Below are positions 47,276 through 61,195 of a stretch of DNA of 64,000 bases, in pieces (the first letter of the stretch is position 1; the number at the start of each line of letters is the position of its first letter). The position numbers and the translations under genes are program-made. The stretch is from the human T2T-CHM13v2.0 reference genome, Homo sapiens: assembly GCF_009914755.1 (NCBI RefSeq), contig NC_060932.1; one strand, written 5' to 3'. The notes beneath the pieces are model-generated. The model ran no database searches. It was not told the DNA's origin and saw only the letters and a program-made list of their open reading frames with translations.

Positions 47276-47331
47276 ACACACACACACACACTCACACACA
47301 CACATTTATACACACACATACACATACATAC
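47268..47331. repeat. (CA)n microsatellite
   Basis: Read directly. Confidence 0.95.
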
Positions 47332-48710
47332 CATGATACTGGTGTCATTTTTATGAAAAATTCTTTACTAAAGAGGAAAGAACTAATCCACCACCCTTTT
47401 TACACATTGGGCAAGGGCAGGTGTAATTAAATTGAAAATATGCTCTTGATTGACTTCTAAGCAGCTCTGTTGAATGGAGCGGTGATTCCAAACACTGATC
47501 GACAGTCTTACAATCAACAGAGCAATGAAGCCAGGACACGAGCAACCAGTAAGAGGCTGTCCTGTGAGGGATGATAACTGCTTCTTGCTGCGTAGATGGA
47601 GAAGAATCTAGACATTGAGTTGTGACAAGTCCATGCCCGAAGCTGATTAGGCTGCTCACACAGCATGTGCATAAATGGCAATAATTAAGCTCCACTGGAT
47701 AACAGCTGGGCTGTCACTTCCCACATCCTCCATGCTGGCCTGCCTGAACAGAGGCATTCATGCCTTGCCTGGCTTTATCTAAATTAGGCTCCTTTGTAGG
47801 AAATGATATCTGAAAGTAGCAATAATAACCAGAAGCAGTTACATTTTGTGTTGATGGGAAATATTAGTATAAATAACAAAATACGAAATGCATATCCAGT
47901 GGCTAATCTCTTGTGGGAACATTTCCATGGATGGACTTCCCACATTCTTACTTTCTTTGAAATGGAGATGTCTGCATCTTTCCCAGGACTCCGTTCCTGG
48001 GGGATTATGGTTGCTGGATTTATTTTGACATCATCATTTCACAATAAGAAGTGTCTAAAGAAAGAAGTGGCTATAGAATTGTCTAAAGAAAGACTTTGAA
48101 GACTTCACAAGATAATTACAAACCCATCAGGGGTGTCAGGTGGCCTGTAACAGTGGCTTAAAACTTGGGACATAGGTAAAGCTGTTAAGGAACAAGTCCT
48201 CTCATTCTTTCCTTTTTATTTTTTGATTAGTTGGTTGTGTTGACCAGAGATCACTAACGTATTGTATGATTGCCCTCATGCATACTGCGATTGGGTCACA
48301 CACAAGGAAATTGTAAATGGTTTTCTATTTCACCCACCTGCCTATCTTTTACCCTTCCTTTAAACACATTTAACAGACTCTTGACTTTCAATTAAACTCC
48401 AATTTTTAAAATTCTACTCTAACACTTCCCATTTAAAGTGCAGTCATAACTGGGAGAGAACAAATCCATGCCAGGATGTGGCTGGGTCCTGAGTGATAAG
48501 CTCAGCTCTCAAAAGCCAGCCATGCCTCCCGCAGGATCCAGATCCCTTGGGGGCAGTTACAAGTAATACCACAGCTCATGGACTGCAGTTGCTCTTACAC
48601 CTATAATGCCTCAGGTCTACTGTGCCCATGCACTATACTAGGGCTGAGGACAGGTATAAAAGCCACACTCTGTGCCTTCCAATACACATTAAAGGGAGAA
48701 GAGAGGCATC

Positions 48711-49071
48711 TGATATGGTTTGGCTGTGTCCCCACCCAAATCTCATCTTGAATTGTAGCTCCCATAATTCCCATGTGTTTGGGAGGGACCTGGTGGGAGG
48801 TAATTGAATCATGGGGTCAGTTTCCCCCATATTGTTATCATGGTAGTGAATAAGTCTCACTAGATCTGACGGTTTTGTGAGGGGAAACCTGTTTCACTTG
48901 GCTCTCATTCTCTCTTGTCTGCCACCATGTATGACATGACTTCCACCTTCCGCCATGATTGTGAGGCCTCCCGAGCCACGCAGAACTGTGAGCCCATTAA
49001 ACCTCTTTTTCTTTATAAAGTACCCAGTCTCTGGTATGTCTTTATCAGCAGTGTGAAAATGAATTAATACA
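48711..49071 (+). mobile_element. THE1B/C solo LTR
   Basis: TGATATGGTTTGGCTGTGTCCCCACCC...TAATACA; perfect TSD GCATC at 48706-48710 and 49072-49076. Confidence 0.95.
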
Positions 49072-49871
49072 GCATCCTCGCTATATCATGCTGGATGGTA
49101 AATACTGGTTAGAGATTTACACAGGGTACTGTGGATCCTCTCCCAGCGATGGGAAGGTAGGCAGTGAGCAGAGATTGAGGAAGGTGCCCAAGATGCCCCT
49201 AGACCATGCCTGAGAGGTCTTTCTGTCTTTTCTATTTTTCTGTTTCTTCCTGTCCTACCATTTCTTCTTCCTCCCACTTCCTTCTTTTCTTCTTCTCCAT
49301 ATTTATTCATTCTCTTTTACTTTCCCTTTTCTCTTCTCATAGTTTTTCCTCTCCTCCCCTACTCAGACCTCCATTTTACTACCTGCCCCCACTACTCAAA
49401 TGGGCAATGCTTAGGAATGTTGAATTTCTTATTTTCTCTAAATACCATGTTTTTTTCATGTCTCTGGACTTTGGCACATACACAGACAAGCACACCATGT
49501 GATCCAAAAATGTTAGGATATAATCATAATGTAACACTTCCCAGCTAAACATCAATCTCATCCATTTCAAGCCTGATGTTTAGTAAGAAATAAAATATGG
49601 CAAGGGGGCAAAAAACAAGTTCACTTATATCTGAGCTGTTCTCTGCTGAGTAATATAAACAAAATATTTTAGTTGAAAAGTCTCACTCCAAATATGAGTT
49701 ATATTTTTAAAAAGGAAAAGGCAAAATAGACTTTTGTGGATATACAGAAATCAGTAAGCATCAAAACCATTGGTTTGAAACTAACATAAATCATCTACCT
49801 TTAGCCTGACCTTTTATAGTGCTTGTGCTATTGGCATTCTGGGGGGAGAATTTATTGTTCAGACTGCCTTT

Positions 49872-50889
49872 GTATCATCAAAAATTAAAAACTTTTATAC
49901 TTCAAAGGATACCATCAAGAAAGTAAAAACAAAAAAAACAGAATGACAGAAAAATTTTATAAACTATATATCTGATAAGGGGCTTGTATCTAGAATGTAT
50001 AAAGGTGTCTTACTATTTAATAACAAAAAGGCAAATAACCCAAATTTAGAAATGGACACAGGACCTAAATAAATTTTTCTTTAAAGAATATACACAAATG
50101 GCCAATTTTCACATGAAAAGACATTCAACATCATGAGCCATCTGGGAAATGCAAATCAAATCCACAATGGGATACCACTTTATATCCACTAGGATGGCTA
50201 TAGTAAAAGAAACACAATAACAAGTGTCGGAGAGAATATGGAGAAATCAGAACCCTCGTGGACTGCTAGTGGGCATGCAAAACAGTGTAGCTGCTTTAGA
50301 AAACAGCCTGGCAGCTCCTCAAAATGTTAAACATAGAGTTACCACATGACCTAGCAATTATCCTCCTAGGAACATACCCCAGAGAAATGAAACCATGTGT
50401 CTACACAAAAACTTCACATGCATGTTCATAATATACATAGCATTAAAGAGAGTCAAAAAATGGAAACTATCCCAAAGTCCATTAACTGAAGATTGGATAA
50501 AAAAAAATGTGGTATATCCATGCAATAGAATATTATTCTGCAATAAAAAGAAATACAATGCTGATACATGCTACAACATGGATGAATTTTGAAAACATTA
50601 CACTAAGTGAAAGAAGCCAGTCACAAAAGACCACCTATTGTATGACTCCATTTATGTGAAATGTACAAAAAGACAAATCTATAGAAAAAGACAGTAGATC
50701 TGTGGTCACCTAGAGCTGGGAATAAGGGGAGAAATGGGGCATAATAATGGTTATTATTCTTGTGATACTGAAAATGTTCTAAAATTGATTGATTGGCTGC
50801 ACAGCTAAAAGCCATTGAATTGTACACTTTAAGTGTGTGAATTATATGGTATGTGGATTATATCTCAATAAAGCCTTTAAAAAAAAAAG
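49872..50889 (+). mobile_element. L1MB-type ORF2 end and 3'UTR inserted in a MER20B-like element (flanks about 49815-49871 and 50890-51049)
   Basis: ORF2 C-terminal remnant in ORF 50395-50592; terminal TATATCTCAATAAAGC plus A tail; right flank ends ATTGAGAATTACTG. Confidence 0.85.
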
Positions 50890-50981
50890 ACTTCCTGGGA
50901 CATTATAGAACTGATCCCACACCACCCACCCCAACTCTAAATGCCAGTAGCACTCCTTCTGTCATTGTGACAAACCACTCA

Positions 50982-51553
<572 letters not shown>

Positions 51554-52519
51554 TTAAAACATCCTATATGTTTCTTTCAAAAATGCATTGTGACATTTTC
51601 AAAATTCATTTCCTTTCAAAATGCATTCTTTCAATGCACTGGCATTGTGACATTGGGAGCAATCTCACATTAATTTTTCTGAGGCTACTTTCATTTCCAA
51701 AATAGCCAAACATTTTAATCTCTGAAATGGGGGTGTTTTCAAACCCATAATCTAGATAGGAAATGATTTCTGACAGCCTGTAAGAGTGTCTGTGACACAG
51801 TGCTTCCACGGCTCTCCAGTAAAGAGTAATCTAATTGAGAGAAAATATATTGACAATCATACAGGCAGAGAAGAGGGTGAATATGGAGTGAAAGATTAGA
51901 AGGAATGATCTCAGCTCAACATCATCAATGCTTATGTAACAAAAAGAGGTCAAACGTGGAATAAGAAAAGTCAGACCAATGAATTATGTGATGATTTAGT
52001 GAGTGAGAGCCAGAAACTACCTGAGTATGACTGTGTTATTATACTGGCCTGTAGGAATGACAGCCAGTGCATAGGACTTAATATATTAATCATAGCCCTT
52101 TAATCTCTGTACATGCTGATTACCCTCCTCTCTTAGGCTTTGGAGTTACATTTTTTCATCACACACACACAAAAATGTTTTATTTGAAAGGGATAACCCC
52201 ATTCCGCCCAAAATTGATGCTGTAAGTTGGGTGGGGCTAAGGGTGGAGTCAAAGCTATCCCTACATGTAGGCCAGTGGCTAATTCTTATCCTAAATGACA
52301 AAAGACCTGAGTAATAGATGATGTGTAGATACATGTGTTGGCAGAACATTTGTCACCCATGGGCTGTGACATGGGGAGGGCAAAGACCAGTGATGGGGTT
52401 CCAATTTGGGAAGACATTCAATTGGCATCCACATGTATGAGGGCCAGGCCTAGGAGATTCTAAACATGCAGCCAAAGCAGGAGTGACTTGAGAAGACAGA
52501 TGAGAAACAGGAGATTGGG

Positions 52520-52765
52520 GTAGTTGTGGTTAAGAGTCTAGACTCAGAAGCTAGACTGGTTGGCTTTGAATTTTAGCTCTTCCCATCTCTCATTGTGTAA
52601 TGCTGGAGAAGCCACTTAACATGTCTGTGCCTCACTTTTTCCGTCTGTAAAATGGGGATGGTAGACAGTCTCTACCTCAAAGGCTTAATGTGAGGCTTTA
52701 TTGAGTTACTCACCCAAAGCACATTGAAGGGTGTCAGGCGCACAGAAATCCCTGGAGCTTTATTA
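52520..52765 (+). mobile_element. Near full-length MIR
   Basis: GTGGTTAAGAG...CTGTGCCTCACTTTTTCCGTCTGTAAAATGGGGATG. Confidence 0.85.
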
Positions 52766-53019
52766 TTCCACCAGGAAAATCTGCTACCAGCTGTTCTCCC
52801 TATGTACTCCAACACATTGCCCACTAGATGCCCATGTTGGGGCTGCTGGGAGTGATGGCTTTTCCTTCCTCATAGGAAAACACACCAGGACTAGGGCTAT
52901 TGGAAGAAGCCAGAAAAGTGATTTCTTGCACCTATTTATTCTCTTGAGGGCCATTCCCCACTGTAGCTGGGAAATGGTCTCATGAATGCCCAAGCCAGAA
53001 GGAATTTTAGGGATGTGAG

Positions 53020-53130
53020 CCCAATTCACCCATTTGCAGATGAGACAATGTGCTCAGAGAGGTGGTATGAGTTGCCCAACATCACTCAGCTGTTACAGCA
53101 AAAGTGAGCATAGACCCTAGCCACTCACTT
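53020..53130 (-). mobile_element. MIR fragment
   Basis: CCCATTTGCAGATGAGACAATGTGCTCAGAGAGG. Confidence 0.75.
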
Positions 53131-54392
53131 TAATACTTTTTTCTATTTCACCATGATCTGGGGCTAGATCTGAATGATTCAGCCTTCCAAATGGAGGCAC
53201 AGTGGCACCAACCTAGTGGGCTGGGTGTGTGGTGCTCATAGGATCCGTCAAAATCCTGGGCAGTTCATCCCTCAAGCTCCCTCTTCATCATCCCAAGATC
53301 TCCAGGAATGGCCCAGCTGTCACCTGGGGACCTGAAGGACCCAGGAGGACTCCACAGAGCCTCTTGCCCAAGATGTGAGTTTGGAGACACAAGTGCCTCT
53401 CTGGAGTAAGGGTAAGCCCAGAAAACGCCATTATGCACTTTCTCAGGAAACTTCAGCAACTGCAAGCAGTGGAGATGATGCAAGTCAAAGGAGAAACCAC
53501 CCAAAAGAGGGGACAGTTTAAACTTAAACAAGCACAGCCTTCAGAGAGCCCCCACCCTATGCCGAGAGTGCCTCAGTCCTTCCCAGCAGGGAGTCCACCT
53601 TCATATCATGCACGGCAGGGATGACTGCTTTTTTCCAGCCCTCTGAAGTTACATGATGATTCCCTTTGGGGGCTATCATGTGACAGGGCAAACTGAAATA
53701 CTTGTTTTGCAAACTTCACCCCAATGAGGGAGACTACGGAAAAACATGTCAGCAAGTGCCTGTGGATATTGTGCTTTGGAAGCTTAAGTGCCCTCTGGAT
53801 TTCAAGGGAGTGGATTTCATGAACCCTTGACAGATTGTCAAGCCAAGATAGGGGGTCAAGTCTAAATGCGGAACTTACCATCTGACTTTTGAAAGGCACT
53901 TGCATAGGAACAAAGGTTACCCTTTGTTGAATTTGTTAAAACAATTAGAGGCAGTAATTAAATGTTTCAACCCAATTTCACATATCAAATTTAGTCCTAA
54001 TTCCAGCTCTTCATGAGAAGAAACCATCTTCAGCCTGCAGATATATTTCATTTCAGGTCCTTTGGTTCAGGAGCCCATGAGGGAATTAACCAAAACCCTG
54101 GTTATTAAAAAAAAAAAAAAAGCAAGGGATTGAGCCCCAGTTAAACTCCCACACAGTTGTGGCAAGTTTTGATTTACCTGGTGCTTCTAAACAGATGCTT
54201 CTGAATTCAAGGCCATGTACCTTGAACCAACAGATGGTTCTGAAAGGTCATGAACTATTTTGGTGTCCTAACTGGTATTTACTGACACATGGTTACCTAT
54301 ACAGGGGACATTACAAGCAAAGAAATCCTCTTTGGGGCCCAAACCCAAGGATCAGCCCCAAGCCATGATGGACCAGTATCCATAACCTAGAT

Positions 54393-55385
54393 CAGTGGCT
54401 TATAAAACTTTTTGGCCTCGGGACCTCTCTGCATTCTTAACAATTGATTCACAGCCCCTAAAAGCTTTTGTTTATGAGAGCTATATTTGTCAATATTTAC
54501 CATACTAGAAATTAGAACTAATAACATTCTTAATATGTAGTGATTCATTTAAAAATAACAATAAACCCATCACATATATAAACATACATAACACATTTTT
54601 ATCAAATATGAGAACAGATTCTAAAACAAAAATAATTAGTGAGGACAATGGCATTGTTTAACATTTTTGCAAATCTTTCTAATGTCTGGCTGGAAGACAC
54701 CTAGAATCTCATATTTGCTTCTGCATTCAATCTGTTGCAATATGTTGTTTTAGTTAAGCTATATGAAAAAAAATCATATATTTAATTGGAAAATAAAGAA
54801 GTTTATAAATTTTTTTAGATAATTCTGGATATTATTACTGCTACACAAAAGTTCAACAAATAGTAATTTCTTAAGGCAAAAAAAGATATAAAATTGGGTC
54901 AATTAACTTTTTGCTCATTAATGTGGCTTAACATCCATGGTCTATCTTGCATTTTGCATGGATCTTTTACTCATGTTTGATTTCAGACCATCACACAGTA
55001 GTTGTTTGGAAAATATTGATTCACTAAGTTATGCATGTCTTCCAAATGTTGACACATTTCCATATTACAGTAACAAAAAATCACATTTGTTATTATCACT
55101 TCTGGTCTCATCAGAAATGTGTTTAATGTTGGGCAGCTGTCAGGCTAACAGTGATGGATGTAAGGTTTGCAAAATTCCATTTTTCTAATGTCTAAATATT
55201 CTGTTGATAGTTTGAATTGCATCATTGGCAACAAATCCATTCCGTGCATATGTCAACACATTGGAAAAGATAAAAAATTTCTTGGTATATACTGAAAATA
55301 GTTTTATTTAACAGATCCTTCTGAAAGGGTTTCGGAAAGTCCCCCCACCAACAGCGTTCTGTAGACTACACTTTGAAAAGCACTG
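54393..55385. mobile_element. Charlie1-derived (hAT) deletion derivative
   Basis: Ends CAGTGGCTTATAAAACTTTTTGGCCTCGGGACC and CACTTTGAAAAGCACTG; 8-bp flanks ACCTAGAT/GTTTATAT. Confidence 0.75.
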
Positions 55386-56045
55386 GTTTATATGAAAGGT
55401 TGGTCTAAGGGCTGCCCCATGCCCCTCCACCTGTATCTCACCTTGGTTCCCAATGTGGCTTAAATGGAGGAAAAGAAATGTTTTTCTATTCCCTAGCCAT
55501 ATGAAACAAATTCCAAAACAAGAAATAGCTGTCTAAATGGGGAAAGAGATTGTATGAACCAAGAAAGCAAGCCATATAGAAGAAAGAACACTTAACCACT
55601 TGACTCCTCTCCCAGAAAGCCCATAATAAGCAGGTGTTCCTAGACTGCTGACTGGTACAGCCATATCCTTCCTGGTACAAGAGTAATTGACAGAGAAATC
55701 TAGAGCACATCCTCGGCTCCCAACAGCTATAGCATGAAAATTTCATTCCCTGCACTTCTTTAAAAAAAAAAAACGCATTTATTCTTAATATAAGGAGCGA
55801 GATCCAAAGTCTACCAAAGGTTCTAGTACTTCCATTAGGGAAGTAATCAGCAAAATTCCAAAAAAAGACCTGCATCTAAGTGAGACTGTTTCTTATCTTT
55901 TCCCTTTGTCCTAAGATCAGTATCTCAAGACGGTTTTCAAATGACTCTTTGATGCTTTCCCCAGAAGTTGTTTTACTATTTTATTTTCCAAAGTAACTTT
56001 TGGTTTTAAAATTGTATTAGGCATATTTTCAAACATACTTAGAAG

Positions 56046-56434
56046 TGTTAAAATGATTAATTGGGGGGTGGGTGGGCATTAGGCTAAGACAGCTCCAGCA
56101 CCTTGGGTTCCCACATAAGCACACCAAAACCCAACTCAATGTAAACAGTGAAGGGAAACTTGAGCTTAACCAATCAGAAACTGCCAACTCACCTCTAACT
56201 GGAGACTTTACCAATCAGGAACCTCCAACTAACCTCTAATTAGGTATTTTCCACTTTAGCCAATCAAATATTTCCTTTATCTTTCTTCCAGGAACACTCT
56301 ATAAAAGTTCCCCCTTCACACTCCTACAGTGGAGCACTGAACCACTTGAGGTCTGGTGTTGCCTGTTTCATGAATCACTGAATGCCCAAATAAATTCACT
56401 GAGATTTTAATGTGCCTAAATTTTTCTTTTAACA
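56046..56434 (+). mobile_element. MER93/MER57-like (ERV1) solo LTR inside an old L1
   Basis: TGTTAAAA...TTTTAACA inverted termini; TSD GAAG/GCAG; three CCAAT boxes, TATAAAA at 56300, AATAAA at 56389. Confidence 0.8.
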
Positions 56435-58730
56435 GCAGTTAAGAAAATAAAGAACCTCCATATAGTCTTTACCTAGATCAACAATTATTAAAATTTTGCC
56501 CACATTTGCTTCAGTTATTTCTTTTTTACTTTCTTTTTTCTTCTTCTTCATTGAAGTATTTTAAAGCAAATTCCAGACATCAAGTCATTTCACTGTACAT
56601 AATTCAAAAGGCATTTCTAAAAACATTACTTATGTAACCAAGATGCCATTATCACATGTAATAAAGTTAACAGTCATTCCTTTGTTTCCTGTAATACCCA
56701 GTCCATAAAAAATGTTCCCAGGTGTCTCAAAAATGTCAATTACATTTCATTGATTCAAATCAGAATCCAAACAAGGTCCACTCATTACCTTTAATGGTTA
56801 TGTCTGAATTCTCTTTTAATCTAGAGGTTTTCTTTCTTAGTTTTTCGTGTGCCAGTCATTGACATGTTGCAGAAACTGTTAACCGCATATAAAATGTTCC
56901 ATGTTCTGTAATTGTTTCCTTATGGTGTTTGCTTGTTTCTCCATCTTCTTTGTGTTTCCCGTAAATGGTAGTTAACCCTGCACGTTTTATTAGATTTAGG
57001 TTCAATTATTTTTTTTTGCAGGAATCCTTCATCAGTAGTGCTGTGAGCTTCATATCATATCACACCAGGAGGTATACAATCTCTAGACATCCCGTGGTTA
57101 GTGATGCATGACCGATCAATGAATTCAGAAGGTGGCAGTCTGATCTCCTCTCCTCCCCCGCTATAAAGCTTCCCATCAACCTTTCACCTAGTGCTTCATC
57201 TATTGGTGATCATGAACTGCTGCAAAATGGTGAGTCTTCATTTCATGATTGCCTTCACAGCTTTAGCTGGAGCTCTTCTCTAATAATGGACGCTTTATCT
57301 CATCATCTAGATAAGATAACTCTTATCAGGCTTTGTGATAACTCTGAAATATAGGTCATATGAAAAGATGGAATAAATGTCTAATTCTTTACTTTTAGTT
57401 CCTGGCTTTTGAGACAAGTTGCTTTTACTTTTGTTCCTTCCAGTGGTGTTCAATGAGCTTTTTCTTAAGTATCATTTTGAACTCCTGGCTTTCTATACAG
57501 CAAGTATGTTTCAACCAGTTGCATTCATTATTCTTTTTAATATTCATATATCTCATCTTTGGCCAATGGGAGCCCCTTCTTTTTTGGCACCTGTGTGTTT
57601 TGAACATGTACTATGCATCTTTTTTAGCTTACTTTTAGGCCCAATGGAACATTCCAGGGTCTTAATATATATTTCCTTTCTCACAACGGCATTCAGTTAT
57701 TCTCCAGGGTTCTTGGTGTTCTCCAATAGCAATAATATTTAAGATCACAGTCTCAGTCAATGGAATGTACCCGTCGATTATGGGCTGTCATTTCTTTTTA
57801 GCCTTTTCAATGGACAAATCTAGAAAATATGTAATTTTGAAATAAAAATTTCAAAGGTTCATACTAATATTTCCTATTCAGGTATTATAGAGCTTTACTT
57901 ACATTCTCTAATTTTTCACTTACGCTTCCCTTTTTACACTGAAAATTTGGCTTTCAAACATTCCTAATATAATTATTTGTTTGTAATATCTTATCATATG
58001 CTTAAAAGAGATTCAAAATAATAATTCCAATGTTACCCCTAACAAACTATGGAATCCAACTTAATATAATTTTGCTTTTTTATGTTTCCTTACTATGTAT
58101 TTCACTAAAAATGTATAGTCAAAATACTGTTTTAAATATTAAGACAGAAATAATTTTTTTCTATCTGTGGTTTATTTAAAAACTAGTTGTTAGTGTTTAC
58201 TTTAGGTTGTTTTTCATTTTTAGATATAGTTTTTAAGTATGTAATACATTTATAGGTTTTGGAAGCCAAAATTACATAACAAAATGTATATTCAGAGACG
58301 TTTCACCTCCAAATCTACCCCACGCATTTTCCTGTTTCATCTATAACTGGATAATTTTCCACTTTATGAATGTGCCATCCATCATCAAGTCCTTTACGCT
58401 ACATTTTTATGGTGTCACAATTGTTGTAGTGTACAACCTTGAATATTAGCTATTTAATAGCTTTTCCCATAATGTTTTTGGGATAGAGCCTTAGAACTGG
58501 AATTACAGGGTCAACTGATCAGTGACTATGATATTTTGATACTATGATACTGCCAAATTCATCTCTGCAAATGTTACACCATTCTGACTTCCCGTCAGCA
58601 ATGTGTGAGACTGCCCATTTCCCACAGCTTGCCAATGAACAAAGATGAGCATTTTTTGGCCGTATGTTAAACACCATGTTCATTTCCTCTTCTGTGAAGT
58701 GTCGGTTGACATTTTTTGCTCATTTCCCAG
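56435..58730 (-). mobile_element. Old L1 (L1MC/ME) 3'UTR and ORF2 end; extreme 3' end continues at about 55990-56045
   Basis: TATTTTAAAGCAAATTCCAGACATCA; CCCGTCAGCAATGTGTGAGACTGCCCATTTCCC. Confidence 0.7.
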
Positions 58731-58934
58731 AAGCTCCTTTAAGATTGTAATTACCATTTCACTTAAATTAACCCCCAAATCATATTATATCCTAGACTAA
58801 GAAATCCATCTACAATCTATTTCCATTCTCAAATTTTGTCACTATGTTACCCAACAAAGGCAAAAAGATAGGCTTTTACAAAGTGCATCACCACAGTCAA
58901 AAACTGCAATGTCAGCAGTATAAGATGCCCACTC

Positions 58935-59110
58935 CATTAAATTTCATCCTCATAGCAGCTCTGTAAGGGAATATTACTATTACCGCAATAATTTGAGGAA
59001 ATTAAATTTTAGAAATATTAAATAACACATCTAAGATTACGCAGTTAATAACAAAGCCAAGACTCAAATCCAAGTCTCTTTCACGCCAAATTTTATTCTC
59101 TTTATGCTAG
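58935..59110 (-). mobile_element. MIR
   Basis: TTTCATCCTCATAGCAGCTCTGTAAGG...TGAGGAAATTAA...GACTCAAATCCAAG. Confidence 0.7.
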
Positions 59111-59311
59111 GCATTGCCTAGTGTTGTCTGCCTTATTACTGTTTTAAACTTCATCCAGTAGCTCCTAACCTTTTTAATTTTTTATATCTTATTTCCCCAA
59201 CTAAATTATAAGCTCCATGAGACGGCATTTTAAATATACAGTTGTTTAGGTCTGTCAAGTTCAAACTGTCTGTAGAGTGTAGCCATATACTTCTCTGTAG
59301 ATGGATATTAA

Positions 59312-59784
<473 letters not shown>

Positions 59785-60719
59785 TAGGGAATGGTGCGTG
59801 TGTAGAATGATGAGTAAACCAGATAGTTTTGGAAAATTAATAATCGCAGCAAGGCTGTACAAGGGCTGCCTGATCAGCATTCACCTAGTATAACAAGTGA
59901 GTTTTAAAACGTGAGATTAGGCAAATACCCCGAGAGTGGAAATAGCTATTCAAACTAGACCACAAAGTCAGATAGGTCTGACTTTGAAACTTCTGGAAAC
60001 CTACTAATGTGAGGAATGCATAATAAAGCATTTGATAAATTGAGCCAATACCTCCTGATTCGAATTTGATATGTTAGAGTAAGTGGTTGGGGGAATATCT
60101 CCGAGGACAGAGGCATCAGAGGAGTGAAAGGGGAGAGAAGCAGGGGAGTGTATTTCGTATATCACCAAGTCTGGGCCACGCTGGAAACAGTTACAGGCAT
60201 CATCAAGATATAAGAGCCCAGAGTGGGACAAATGTGAAAGCCATTTCTGATCTAACAACAACTATAATTATAAGATGCACAGATATACATACACAATATC
60301 ATCTAAATATAAAGCCCTTATTTATATGCTTATTTATGTTCTTAGAAGAGAAGTGAGAATATAGCTGAACTTAATTCCTTGTTTTGAAGGGGCGTGGTGC
60401 CCAAAAGTTACCATTTTACTCACCTCTGCCAATTAACAAAACATTGGGGGAAATTAAAAGTAAACAGCTAAATTCTATCAAAAATAAAATGTACCTATCA
60501 TGTTTTTAAGAGGTATATTTAAAGATAGTGACATCAAATATTTAACACTTATGGAACATATAAATGTCATTTGTGCAAGATAAGCTAAAAAATGAAGGTT
60601 ATATCATTAATATCATAGTTGAGTTTAATGCAAACAATGTGAAATAAGCCAGGAAGGCCACTTTAAACTGGTAAAAGGTACAATTCACAATGAACACGTG
60701 TTGTGAATGTTATGTGCTG

Positions 60720-61195
60720 GATCTCTCATCTCCAACTGCTCTTTTTCTAGCTGCGTCTGCTCCAAGCACACTGGTTTACTTCTTGTGTGAACACACCAGG
60801 AGTGCTCCTGCCTCAGGGCCTTAGCACTTGCTGTTCCTGTTGCATGGATTGCTCTAGCCTCAGAGAGCTGCAGCCTGACACCTTGACCTCCTCAGATCTT
60901 TGCTCAGCTATTGTCTGACAGTGAGGTCTTCACTGACCGCCCTATTTAAAGTTGTAACTCCCTTCCCCTGACAACAACCTGTTCTATTTCCCTGTCTTAT
61001 TATTCCTTATAATCCTTATCTGCACCTAGCATACAAGTTGTTTTACTTATTTATATTATTTATTGTCTGTTTGCCTCCAGCGGAATGAAAAGTCCCAGGG
61101 ATTATTTATCTATTCTATTACTAGACTAAGAACTAGTAGAGTTCCTAGCACATATTGGGTGGTCAATAAAGAGCCTTCAATGGTGGAATGAATAA
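60720..61195 (+). mobile_element. L2a 3' end
   Basis: CCTGCCTCAGGGCCTTAGCACTTGCTGTTCC...CCTAGCACATA...TCAATAAA...GAATGAATAA. Confidence 0.85.
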
